A stretch of DNA of 64,000 bases from Promethearchaeota archaeon (lineage in GTDB: Archaea; Asgardarchaeota; Lokiarchaeia; Sigyniarchaeales; SOKP01), in contig JBHLNF010000003.1 in the NCBI GenBank assembly GCA_048937405.1, positions 128,001 to 192,000 of the forward strand, given 5' to 3'. Within the stretch, counting starts at the first letter, position 1; every line of letters begins with the position of its first letter. Shown here piece by piece: positions 21,414 through 31,300 of this stretch. The notes under the pieces are model-generated. The model made no database searches. It saw only the letters and a list, made by a program, of their open reading frames with translations, and was not told the origin of the DNA. The position numbers and the translations under genes are program-made.

Positions 21414-22289
21414 ATGTTGTACAATAATGAAGGATGTAGATGGTTAGATTTTCGTCAAGAACCGCTTGAAATTCCTACAGTTAGTTTATCTGAACATTTA
21501 AATAAGTTAACACGTAAAGGATTAGTAGAAAAATATACTAAAGGGTATTATAAGATAACACATAAAGGGAAAGAACGTTTTAATGAAGAGAAATTTGATT
21601 TAAATTATTATAATGAATATTATAATTATAGACTTTTGATGACCAAGGTTTTAAGTCCTGATCGAATCTTTGATATTGAGAGTAATGGAGATTCTAAGAC
21701 TGAAAAGATATTAAAATTTTTAGTATTAGGAGAAGCGGGAGTAGGAGTAAGAACCCTATTAAACTCAATATATCTTAAACTTGGTTTCACAGATTATGAT
21801 TATGATCATTATAATTCTTCAGTACATACAGAAATACCAAAAGATTGGGAAGGTTATGATATCGATATTCATGGTTTTGAATTTGAATTTCATTATACGG
21901 AGTATTTAGAAATCAATGAAGATATATACTTACTTGATTATTGGGATTGTGAGAAGGATTATCGTTTTCATAAAATATTTCAGATGTTTAAAGAGAAGGT
22001 TCTTGTGTTGTTTATTTTTGATTTATCACGACCAGGAACTTTTGAATATCATATAAAGTACAATTCATGTCCTTGGTGGAATTTAAGTAAGCCCTCGATT
22101 TTATTAGTTGGAAACAAACTAGACTTAATCAAGGACACAACTACAATTGATCGGAAAAAATATAAGGATTTTGTTGAAAAAGAGGGTTTGAGGAAGTATA
22201 TAGAAATATCAATGAACAATTTTAATGGGTTAATTGAAGAAATATCTAAATTAATTCAAGAGAAAATAGGTAAATCCTTTAAATTTTAG
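21414..22289 (+). CDS. Winged-HTH plus Rab/Ras-like small-GTPase-fold fusion; degenerate P-loop
   Basis: N-terminal wHTH ('SLSEHLNKLTRKGLVEK...YKITHKG'); 'LKFLVLGEAGVGVRT' (Lys->Val), 'YWDCE', 'FIFDLSRPGTF', 'LVGNKLDL', 'EISM'. The frame extends upstream to ATG21330 but with TAA at 21339-21341. Confidence 0.75.
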   Translation: MLYNNEGCRWLDFRQEPLEIPTVSLSEHLNKLTRKGLVEKYTKGYYKITHKGKERFNEEKFDLNYYNEYYNYRLLMTKVLSPDRIFDIESNGDSKTEKILKFLVLGEAGVGVRTLLNSIYLKLGFTDYDYDHYNSSVHTEIPKDWEGYDIDIHGFEFEFHYTEYLEINEDIYLLDYWDCEKDYRFHKIFQMFKEKVLVLFIFDLSRPGTFEYHIKYNSCPWWNLSKPSILLVGNKLDLIKDTTTIDRKKYKDFVEKEGLRKYIEISMNNFNGLIEEISKLIQEKIGKSFKF

Positions 22290-22711
22290 TCTTGTTATGG
22301 AAATCTAGTGAATAAAAGTTCTATATTTAAATCAGTTTTTAATATTTCTTAATCTTATTTTTTTTACTATTTAAATTTAAAATTAATGATATAAAACTAA
22401 AGAGGGTCTTATTAAATGAACAAAAAACTTAATGATCTACATCATTAAACTAAACTAAATCCTTTTTCCGCACCTTTTTTCCGTTTTTCATCCTTTAATA
22501 AAAAATTTAGGAGAAATCAATAAATATTGAAAAATAATTATCAAATTATAATAAAATTGAAAAAAATTTCTTGTTAAGGTCACTTTCTCTGAAAAATGTT
22601 ATGTATAAAGGAAAGACAGAAATAAAATACCCATAATAACGGTTTCAGTAAAATTTATTAGAAAACATATTCTACCTAATAATAGTTTTTGATTCAATTT
22701 ATAAAGAGAGT

Positions 22712-24013
22712 TTGAGAATATTGGCACAAAAAAATATTTATGAATATGATGCTAAAAAGCTTTTAGCAAGCCAATTACCGAAATACTATCCTGAATTTGA
22801 ATATCATAATAAATTGGCTATAGTTCAAAATGAAACTGACTTAAATCAATTGGCTTCAAAAGAGCCTTGGATCAAATCAGAAAAATTAGTTGCAAAACCA
22901 GATCAGTTATTTGGCAAAAGGGGAAAAGCAAATTTACTTTTACTAGATGCTAATTTTGATGAAATGAAAAAATTTTGTCATGAGAATTTAGATAAAGTAT
23001 TCGAAATTGGTAAGGTTAAGGGTGAGTTAAAACGTCTTCTCATTGAACCATTTATACCTCATGAGAAAGAATATTACGTCTCAATAACCTCAGATAGAGA
23101 AAATGATATTATCCACTTTAGCTTTGAGGGAGGTATTTTTATTGAGGAAAACTGGGATAAAGTATATCATATTCCTATCCCACTTGGAACCGATATAAAT
23201 ACATTTGATTTATCAAGTAAGATGCCTAATTTAGGAGATTTAAAAGATGTTTTAATTCCTTTTATTAAGGCATTATTTCAGGTTTTTGTTGATCAAGATT
23301 TTGCTTTTCTTGAAATTAATCCATTTGCGATTACTGGAGACAGGAAAATTGTTCCTTTAGATGTAAAAGCGCGATTAGATGATACAGCAGCCTTTATTCA
23401 CCAAGATACATGGGGAAATCCCGAGAATCCCATTGAGTTTCCAGCGGGATTTGGACAAAAATCATCCATAGAAGAAGATAGAATTAGAGATCTTGATGAA
23501 AAAACAGGAGCGTCATTAAAATTAAAAATTTTGAATAAGGATGGTCGTGTTTGGACAATGGTTGCGGGTGGTGGAGCTTCAGTAATTTACACCGACACAG
23601 TAGTAGATCTAGGTTTAGGAGGAGAATTAGGAAATTATGGAGAATATAGTGGTAATCCTAGTCGTGAACATACAGAAATTTATGCACAAACTATCATTGA
23701 TTTAATTACCGAAAATCCTGATTCGCAAGGAAAACCTAAATATCTTATAATTGGGGGAGGAATAGCTAATTTTACTGATGTTAAAGCAACTTTTGCTGGA
23801 ATAGTTAGTGCGATTAAAAATTCTGTTGACAAATTAAAGAAAGCGAATGTGAAAATTTTTGTTCGACGAGGAGGACCAAATGAAAAACAAGGTCTTGAGA
23901 TGATGGAACAGGTTGGAAAAGAAACAGGAATACCAATTGAAGTCTATGATAGATATACTCACATGACTAGAGTTGTTGAGTTAATAAAAAAAGCAGAAGA
24001 GGGAAAAACATAA
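22712..24013 (+). CDS. aclB: ATP-citrate lyase, ATP-grasp/citrate-binding subunit
   Basis: 'LVAKPDQLFGKRGKA', 'LEINPF', 'GASLKLKILN..GRVWTMVAGGGASVIY', 'GNYGEYSGNP', 'IGGGIANFTDV', 'VRRGGPN'. The start may be TTG22721. Confidence 0.93.
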   Translation: MRILAQKNIYEYDAKKLLASQLPKYYPEFEYHNKLAIVQNETDLNQLASKEPWIKSEKLVAKPDQLFGKRGKANLLLLDANFDEMKKFCHENLDKVFEIGKVKGELKRLLIEPFIPHEKEYYVSITSDRENDIIHFSFEGGIFIEENWDKVYHIPIPLGTDINTFDLSSKMPNLGDLKDVLIPFIKALFQVFVDQDFAFLEINPFAITGDRKIVPLDVKARLDDTAAFIHQDTWGNPENPIEFPAGFGQKSSIEEDRIRDLDEKTGASLKLKILNKDGRVWTMVAGGGASVIYTDTVVDLGLGGELGNYGEYSGNPSREHTEIYAQTIIDLITENPDSQGKPKYLIIGGGIANFTDVKATFAGIVSAIKNSVDKLKKANVKIFVRRGGPNEKQGLEMMEQVGKETGIPIEVYDRYTHMTRVVELIKKAEEGKT

Positions 24014-24031
24014 AGGAGGAATGAAAATATA

Positions 24032-25867
24032 ATGGAAAAATTTGATTTATTTGATAGGAAAACACAAGCAATAATCTATGGTTTTCAACAAGCAGCAATT
24101 CAAAGGATGATAGATTTTGATTACTTATGTAGACGAGAAATACCATCAATTGCAGCAGTAATACGACCTACTCAAGATGCAGCAATAGCTTATCACAAAG
24201 TATTTTGGGGAAGTAAAGAAATCGTTGTCCCTGTTTATAAAACACTTCAAATGGCTATGAAGAAACACCCTAATGCAGATGTAATGATAAATTTTTCTTC
24301 ATTTAGAAGTGCATATCCAACAAGTAAAGAAGCATTAGAATCGGATACAATACGTACGATAGCAATAATTGCAGAAGGAATGCCTGAAAGACAGAGTCGG
24401 TATTTAGTTAAAATTGCTGAAGAAAAAGATAAGATAATAATAGGCCCTGCCACTGTTGGTGGAATTAGGGCAGGAGCTTTCAAAATTGGAAACACTGCAG
24501 GCACAATTGAAAATATAATACTCTCAAAATTATATAGACCTGGTTCAGTAGGATTTGTCAGTAAATCAGGGGGACTTTCCAATGAAATGAATTTTATGAT
24601 TGCCCAGAACACCGATGGTATTCATGAAGGTATTGCTATAGGCGGGGATCGATATCCTGGTTCACGATTAATTGACCACCTTATGAGATATGAAGCTAAT
24701 CCTAATATCAAAATGTTAGTTTCATTAGGAGAAATTGGTGGTAAAGATGAATATGATATCGTTGATGCCCTTAAATCTGGAAAAATTATTAAACCATTAG
24801 TTATTTGGGTAGCGGGAACAGCTGCTAAAATATTACCAAGTGGATTGCAATTTGGACACGCTGGTGCTATGGCAGGAAGTGATATGGAAACCGCGGAAGC
24901 TAAAAATAAAGCTTTAAGGGACGCAGGAGCGATTGTCCCCGATTCATATGAAGACTTAGATAAAAGAATAAGAGAAACGTTTGAAAAACTAAAGCAGGAA
25001 GGAAAAGTAACTCCAATTGAAGAAATTAAACCTCCAGAAATACCAATTGACTTTAATGAAGCAATTAGATTAGGATTAGTTCGAAGACCTAGTGATGTTA
25101 TTGTAACAATTTCTGATGATCGAGGTGATGTGCCCACATTTGCTGGAGTTGGATTAGACACAATAATACGAGAAAATAAAAGTTTAGGATATGTAATTGG
25201 ACTTCTTTGGTTTAAACGAGAATTACCTGAATTTGCTCAACAATTTATTGAAATGGTGGTAAAATTGACAGCTGATCATGGTCCAGCTGTAAGTGGAGCT
25301 CATAATGCTATAATTACTGCTCGAGCAGGAAAAGATCTTATGTCAGCTTTGGCAAGTGGAATTCTGACTATTGGCCCAAGATTTGGAGGCGCAATATCAG
25401 ATGCTGCTAAATATGTAAGAGAAGCTTTACAAAAAGGAATGCAACCACAAGAGTTCGTTAACTATATGAAGGATGTTGTAAATATAAATATTCCAGGAAT
25501 TGGTCATAGAATTAAATCTGTTCAAAATCCTGATATTCGGGTTCAATTACTCAAAGAATTTGTTTTTAATAATTTCAAAAACCATCCTCATTTAGATTTT
25601 GCGTTAGAAGTAGAAAAAATAACCACATCTAAAAGAAATAATTTAATATTGAATGTTGATGGATGTATTGGAATTACTTTTCTAGATTTATTAGAAAATT
25701 TAGACTTCACTCCTGAGGAAATTGAAGATGTTATTTATAGTGAAGCTTTAAATGGACTATTCGTGCTTGGACGGACAATAGGAATGATGGGACATGTTTT
25801 TGACCAAAAACGTCAACGAGCAGGTCTTTATAGGCAGCCTTGGGATGAAATTTTATTTAGTGAATAA
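24032..25867 (+). CDS. aclA: ATP-citrate lyase, CoA-binding/phospho-His/citryl-CoA lyase subunit
   Basis: 'INFSSFRSA', 'IIGPATVGG', 'LYRPGSV..VSKSGG.SNE', 'QFGHAGA' (phospho-His), 'TADHGPAVSGAHN', 'IPGIGHRIKS', 'NLILNVDG'. Confidence 0.95.
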   Translation: MEKFDLFDRKTQAIIYGFQQAAIQRMIDFDYLCRREIPSIAAVIRPTQDAAIAYHKVFWGSKEIVVPVYKTLQMAMKKHPNADVMINFSSFRSAYPTSKEALESDTIRTIAIIAEGMPERQSRYLVKIAEEKDKIIIGPATVGGIRAGAFKIGNTAGTIENIILSKLYRPGSVGFVSKSGGLSNEMNFMIAQNTDGIHEGIAIGGDRYPGSRLIDHLMRYEANPNIKMLVSLGEIGGKDEYDIVDALKSGKIIKPLVIWVAGTAAKILPSGLQFGHAGAMAGSDMETAEAKNKALRDAGAIVPDSYEDLDKRIRETFEKLKQEGKVTPIEEIKPPEIPIDFNEAIRLGLVRRPSDVIVTISDDRGDVPTFAGVGLDTIIRENKSLGYVIGLLWFKRELPEFAQQFIEMVVKLTADHGPAVSGAHNAIITARAGKDLMSALASGILTIGPRFGGAISDAAKYVREALQKGMQPQEFVNYMKDVVNINIPGIGHRIKSVQNPDIRVQLLKEFVFNNFKNHPHLDFALEVEKITTSKRNNLILNVDGCIGITFLDLLENLDFTPEEIEDVIYSEALNGLFVLGRTIGMMGHVFDQKRQRAGLYRQPWDEILFSE

Positions 25868-25937
25868 CTTTAACTTTTTAAATATAAATTTAGCAAATAA
25901 AAAATAAAAAAAAAACAGAAAATAGAGGTTTTATACA

Positions 25938-27131
25938 ATGGGAGAAATGGTTGATAAGGCAAAAGAACACTTCGAAAAACTTGTAAAAGAGCAACTTGAA
26001 CGAGTAGAGCAAATGAAACAAGCAGAAGATTGGATTGATTATTCCAAATTAAAACCAATAATAATTGGTGTAGCTGGTGGAGATGGTATTGGTCCGGAAA
26101 TTACAAGACATGCACAGGCAATCATGGAATTTGTTTTAAAAGAAGAAATTGAAAATGGAAGTGTTGAGATTAGAAATATTGTTGGATTAACAATTGAAAA
26201 TAGAGCTAAACATATGAAGGCTATACCAGATGATGTTCTTGAACAATTAAAGAAATGCCATGTTATATTAAAAGGTCCTACATTAACTCCTCGAAAGGGT
26301 GATCAATGGCCAAATATCGAAAGTGCTAATGTTACAATGAGAAGAGAACTGGATCTATTTGCAAATGTTCGACCAGTTAAAGTTCCAGAATTAGGAATAA
26401 ATTGGATGTTCTTTAGAGAAAATACAGAAGGTGCGTATGTATTAGGTTCTAAAGGAATTAATATTTCAGAGGATCTATCAATAGATTTTAAGGTTATAAC
26501 TAAACAGGGAGCTGATAGAATTATTCGTCTGGCCTTCGATTATGCAGCGAAAAATAATATAAATCGGGTTTCAGTGGTAACTAAAGCAAATGTTGTAAAA
26601 GCGACTGATGGTAGATTCCTTGCTATGGCCGAAGAAATCGCTAAAGAATATCCACAAGTGAAATGGGATGATTGGTATATTGATATTGCCACTGCAAAAT
26701 TAGTTGATCCAGCACGTCAAAAGGATTTCAAGGTTTTTGTTGCTCCAAATCTGTATGGGGATATTATAACTGATGAAGCTGCTCAAATTCAAGGGGGTGT
26801 TGGTACTGCGGGAAGTGCTAACATTGGTAAACGTTATTCAATGTTTGAAGCAATTCATGGTACTGCTCCTAGAATGGTTGAAACAGGACGTACTAAATAT
26901 GCGGATCCTTCGAGTATCATAAAAGCAGCAGCATTGCTAATTAATCATATCGGATTTGTTGAAAAAGCTAAAAAACTCGAAATGGCTTTGGATATATGTG
27001 CTACTTATGAAAGAAAATTGAAAATGACGGGGAGAGATACTGGTTCTACAGGTGAAGAATATGCAAAATATATTATGGAAACTATTCAAGATCCTAATCT
27101 TGAAAAACGTTTTAATGAATATAATAAATAA
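25938..27131 (+). CDS. icd: Isocitrate dehydrogenase (isocitrate/isopropylmalate dehydrogenase family)
   Basis: 'GDGIGPEI', 'LKGP..TP', 'SANVTMRRELDLFANVRP', 'RENTEG.Y', 'TKANVVK', 'PNLYGDIITD', 'FEAIHGTAP'; co-oriented after aclBA. Substrate is inferred from context. Confidence 0.8.
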   Translation: MGEMVDKAKEHFEKLVKEQLERVEQMKQAEDWIDYSKLKPIIIGVAGGDGIGPEITRHAQAIMEFVLKEEIENGSVEIRNIVGLTIENRAKHMKAIPDDVLEQLKKCHVILKGPTLTPRKGDQWPNIESANVTMRRELDLFANVRPVKVPELGINWMFFRENTEGAYVLGSKGINISEDLSIDFKVITKQGADRIIRLAFDYAAKNNINRVSVVTKANVVKATDGRFLAMAEEIAKEYPQVKWDDWYIDIATAKLVDPARQKDFKVFVAPNLYGDIITDEAAQIQGGVGTAGSANIGKRYSMFEAIHGTAPRMVETGRTKYADPSSIIKAAALLINHIGFVEKAKKLEMALDICATYERKLKMTGRDTGSTGEEYAKYIMETIQDPNLEKRFNEYNK

Positions 27132-27158
27132 TTTGAAAGAAGACTTCAAATAGTAAAC

Positions 27159-27177
27159 TTTTTTTTAATTTTTTTTT
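27159..27177 (+). terminator. Oligo-T tract, putative archaeal terminator after icd
   Basis: Two T-runs about 30 nt after the stop codon. Confidence 0.4.
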
Positions 27178-27452
27178 AAATTAATATTTTATATTAATAT
27201 AGAAAAACTTGACTTATAGAATAATAGAGAAAATATAGAATTTAAAAACAATTTCTCTTTAATTTAGTCAGTTTTAATATTATAAATCAAAAATAGATGA
27301 AGAGATCTTAGATTATATTCTTTTCCAATGAAAAAATTAATTATAATTATAGTCCAATCATTCTATTATTACTAAAAGAAGATTTTAAAAAGTATGCAAA
27401 GAATTAATGGTGGTTCATAAAATTTAAATATTTGAAAAATATTTCTTTTTTA

Positions 27453-27474
27453 GACATGTAAAATCTTGACATAT
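27453..27474. promoter_or_regulatory. Putative PadR operator (copy 1)
   Basis: GACATGTAAAATCTTGACATAT (ATGT-N9-ACAT inverted repeat) upstream of padR; near-identical copy at 28140. Confidence 0.7.
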
Positions 27475-27508
27475 ATTAAAATCCTATACAATTTTATCCT
27501 AAATAGTA

Positions 27509-28054
27509 ATGAATAATGAAAAATTTGTTGAGGTTATTGAACATTCAATGAAGAGTGGTTTCATTAGTTTACTTATTTTATTAGCTCTTGAAAAAGAATC
27601 AGCTAATGGTTATAAACTAATGAAAAAAATATCTGAAGACACTTTTGGTGAGTGGCGTCCATCCAATTCAACAATATATCCCTATCTTTCCAATCTTTCT
27701 ACTAAAGGATTAATTGAGTATGACATAAAGAAAACAGGGCAGAGAGAAAGCAAAGAATATTCCCTTACGAAGAAAGGCAGAGAAGTTTTAAAAATGTTAG
27801 TAGAAAAACAGCAAGAAATGAATTTATCATTACTAAGTATGATTACAACTGTTTTGGATGTCGATGACAATTCTATTCTTCTAAAAGACTTTCTTACCCA
27901 ATCCCTACCTTACCAGATCCTTTCTGATAAATCTCATGAGGAAAAAATTGAAATTCTCAATAAACGGATTAAAGTATTAAGTTTTATTTCAGAAATCGTT
28001 AAAAACAGTAAAGCTGGGATGGAAGAAGAATTAGAAAGACTCAAATCAAAATGA
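27509..28054 (+). CDS. PadR-family transcriptional regulator
   Basis: 'LLILLALEKESANGYKLMKKI...WRPSNSTIYPYL..L..KGLI....R..K.YSLTKKG'. Confidence 0.9.
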   Translation: MNNEKFVEVIEHSMKSGFISLLILLALEKESANGYKLMKKISEDTFGEWRPSNSTIYPYLSNLSTKGLIEYDIKKTGQRESKEYSLTKKGREVLKMLVEKQQEMNLSLLSMITTVLDVDDNSILLKDFLTQSLPYQILSDKSHEEKIEILNKRIKVLSFISEIVKNSKAGMEEELERLKSK

Positions 28055-28139
28055 TAATAAGAATCTTAAATTTGTAATTCAGAACTCAGAAAATTTTAAA
28101 GACTAATATTAAAGATTGAATTAAATATACCTAAAATCT

Positions 28140-28161
28140 GACATGTCAAATCACGACATAT
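28140..28161. promoter_or_regulatory. Putative PadR operator (copy 2), adjacent to TATA-like TTTAAATA
   Basis: GACATGTCAAATCACGACATAT; 19/22 identical to copy 1; lies upstream of the ABC permease gene. Confidence 0.7.
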
Positions 28162-28334
28162 TTAAATATTATTAATTCTTATTTTTACTAATAAACTGTT
28201 TGATTTAATAATCTAAAATTCTAATCAATGATTATTTAAATTGAATATATTAAATATACAAAAATAAAGGATGAGAGTTATATCCTTGTTAATACAAAAA
28301 AAAATATAACAAAAAAAAAAGAGAAAAAAAGAAA

Positions 28335-31300
28335 ATGGGCGTAATACTCAAAATAGCATTGCGTAATATGAAAAGACGTAAATTACGATATATTCTAACT
28401 ACAATTACACTTGTGATCAGTGTAGCATTATTTGGAGGTGTTCTGATTGTCTCAGATTCATTTCATCAAATGATGTTAAATACTTTTGATGAACAATTGG
28501 GTACAGCAGACATTTTAATCAGAACAACTAATAGTACTGATAGTTGGTTTGATCCTGATGAAATTGACCTTGAAATCAGAAATGTAGAACATGTTGAATC
28601 AGTAGCTTATAGGATTTCAGGTTATAATATATACGTTAGTTCTATTGATAATGGAACTCAAGCTGATAATGGTATATCCACGGGAATTTATGGTATCAAC
28701 CCTCAAAATAGAGATGAACAGAAATTGGGTGGAACACCATATATCATAGATTCCATCAGTAACGGTGAAACAATCGAAGAACTTCTTGATTACACACATG
28801 AAATAACTGGAGATAAAGTAGTGGTTATTTCAGAATCATTAAAAATTCAATTAGGTGGAAATTTTACTGTAAATAAAAGCATTTGGATCTATCCAAATGA
28901 AGGGGATGAACTGGGACAGGGATATGATCCCAGAAATACAGGGACATGGATCGAATACACTGTTGTAGCTATTATACGTGATACTAGTGAAGCCCGTGAT
29001 TTCGATCCAGAAGGTACATCAACAAGCTCAATGATGGGGCTAGGTCTAGGCCCTGGAATATTTGCTAATATTAATAATACACATGAACTTGTTGATGGTA
29101 CAGAAAATCACACTGGTGAATATACATTAGGTGTGGTGGGTGTTGACAATATATATAGAATTTCTTCTGTGGCAGAAAATATTCAAACTCAATTAACAGA
29201 TCTCGATGATGAAAAAGATTGGGTTGTAAACGACTTGAAATCAGATAGTATTGAACAGATTGACACTTCAATGAGTATCATGCGTACGATGTTTAGTTTA
29301 TTTGGGATAATAGCATTGATCCTATCAATAATTTTAATGATGAATATCTTCAATATTATTAAAAAAGAACAGGAATATGAAACAGGGATGTTTCAGGCAA
29401 TTGGAGCCTCAAAATCTGAAACCTTTAAGATGTTCTTAACCCAAGGTATTGTTATGGGGATAATTGGAACATCAATAGGGACAATGTTTTCTTTTTTGAT
29501 ATCTTACGTAATAATGTCAGTTACATTCCAAAGTTTAACAGAGATTACATCTCAATTTGAAGGAGTAACAATTTCAAATTTTGAAATTATCTTATATCCA
29601 TCAACTCTTATAATTACCTTTATAGTAGGCTTTATATCCTGTGTTCTTGCTTCGCTTTATCCTAGCTGGAAAGCAAGTCGTAAACCTATTATAGAATGCT
29701 TAAATCCTATTGAAGAAAAGTCTAAAAGAGAGAAAAGGCATTATTTGAAAAGAATTGTATTTCTTATTTTAGGAGGATTACTCATTTACTTTGGTATTCT
29801 GCTTATGGATTTTGGCTCTGAATCTACATTTGAAGTTCAATCTAATACAGAAACTCCTGGTGGGGGAAGTATGGTTACTGGTATGTTTGGTCCTATGTTT
29901 ATCTTATTTGGAATGATATGGATAATGGTACTCTGTATTAAACCACTTAATAGAATGTTTACATTTTTCTTTTCTCCCTACCTTCAAAAAACACGATTAT
30001 TAACTGAAAAGAATATACTGAGACATCGAAGGAGAACTGCTTTAACTTTTACATTAATCACTTTAACAACAAGTTTTTTAATTGGTATAAGTGTTATGAT
30101 GGATTCGATGAGATCGGGTATAAATACCACTATTAATGATTTTATGGGTGGTGACATTCGAATTTTTACTTATGGGACTCCTAAAAGTTTTGAAGATGGA
30201 ATAATAAATCAATCTGGAGTTGATGATGCAATGGGGACTACTTTTCAAAATGCACAAATTCAAATGGAAACTGAACTGGTTGGACATAGCATGCTTGATG
30301 ACGATTGGAATAAAACAATAACTATAAATGTCCTAGATACTACGAAAGTTAGGGAACATCTGACTAAATCAATTATAGTTTCCCCCGAGAAAATGACTCT
30401 TGATGAAATGATGGATGAAATTGAAGAGAACAATAATATTATAATTGATGAACAATTTGCTAAAGAATATAACGTTAAAGTAGGAGATCACTTACCTATT
30501 AATTTCTCACTTGGTCTAGATTATGCAAATTTCACAGCATTCCTCTATATGGATGATTATAATGCAAATGAAGTTAGTTTAGTAGTAAATATGAGTGTTG
30601 TTGCTATTGTCAGAAGTATTCAAGGATTTGTAAGTCTAGATCTTTTTGGTATGAGTGAAGGAAAGACTTATAATATGTATATATCTTGGGATGTTTATGA
30701 AGAAATCGCATCAAAAAACTTGCCTGGTGGAGGAACTGACCTTGTTTTCAGGCAAAAAGAGAATACTGGTATTCCTGAGGTAGATAATTTTTTACCAAGT
30801 TGGTTTAACTTTTCAACTGTAGAAACGATCATGAACAGCATTAATGGAATTGATTACTATACAACAAGAATGGATTATTTTACAGCTACATTTAATGGTT
30901 CAGTAGTTGATTCAAAGACTTCAGTTGTTGGTATTCATACAAATTCAAGCGGACGACTAAAATCTGATTCGTATTTTGGAAATAATAGTCTTATAGAACA
31001 ACAATTAGGATATGAAGGATCTACAATGGAAGAATTACTTAATAAAGACGAAAATATATGTGTGGTCGATGAAACCTTTATAAAATATCATCCTTCGGCA
31101 AAAATCGGTGATAATATTAATATATTTTCACAAGATGCTATATATGATCCATATTCACCATGGACTTGGCCATCATTTGAAATTGTTGGAATAATAGAGG
31201 CTCCTACTTTATATAATGCAGAACGCTATAATTGGGATGCTAGTTATGAAACAGCCTTCGATGTTATTGGAACTAATGGTTCGATTTATGTAAATTATGA

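Noticed and set aside
22712-27131. Claim of autotrophic reverse TCA cycle
   Set aside because: ACL plus IDH alone is insufficient; OGOR, fumarate reductase and aconitase are not in the window.
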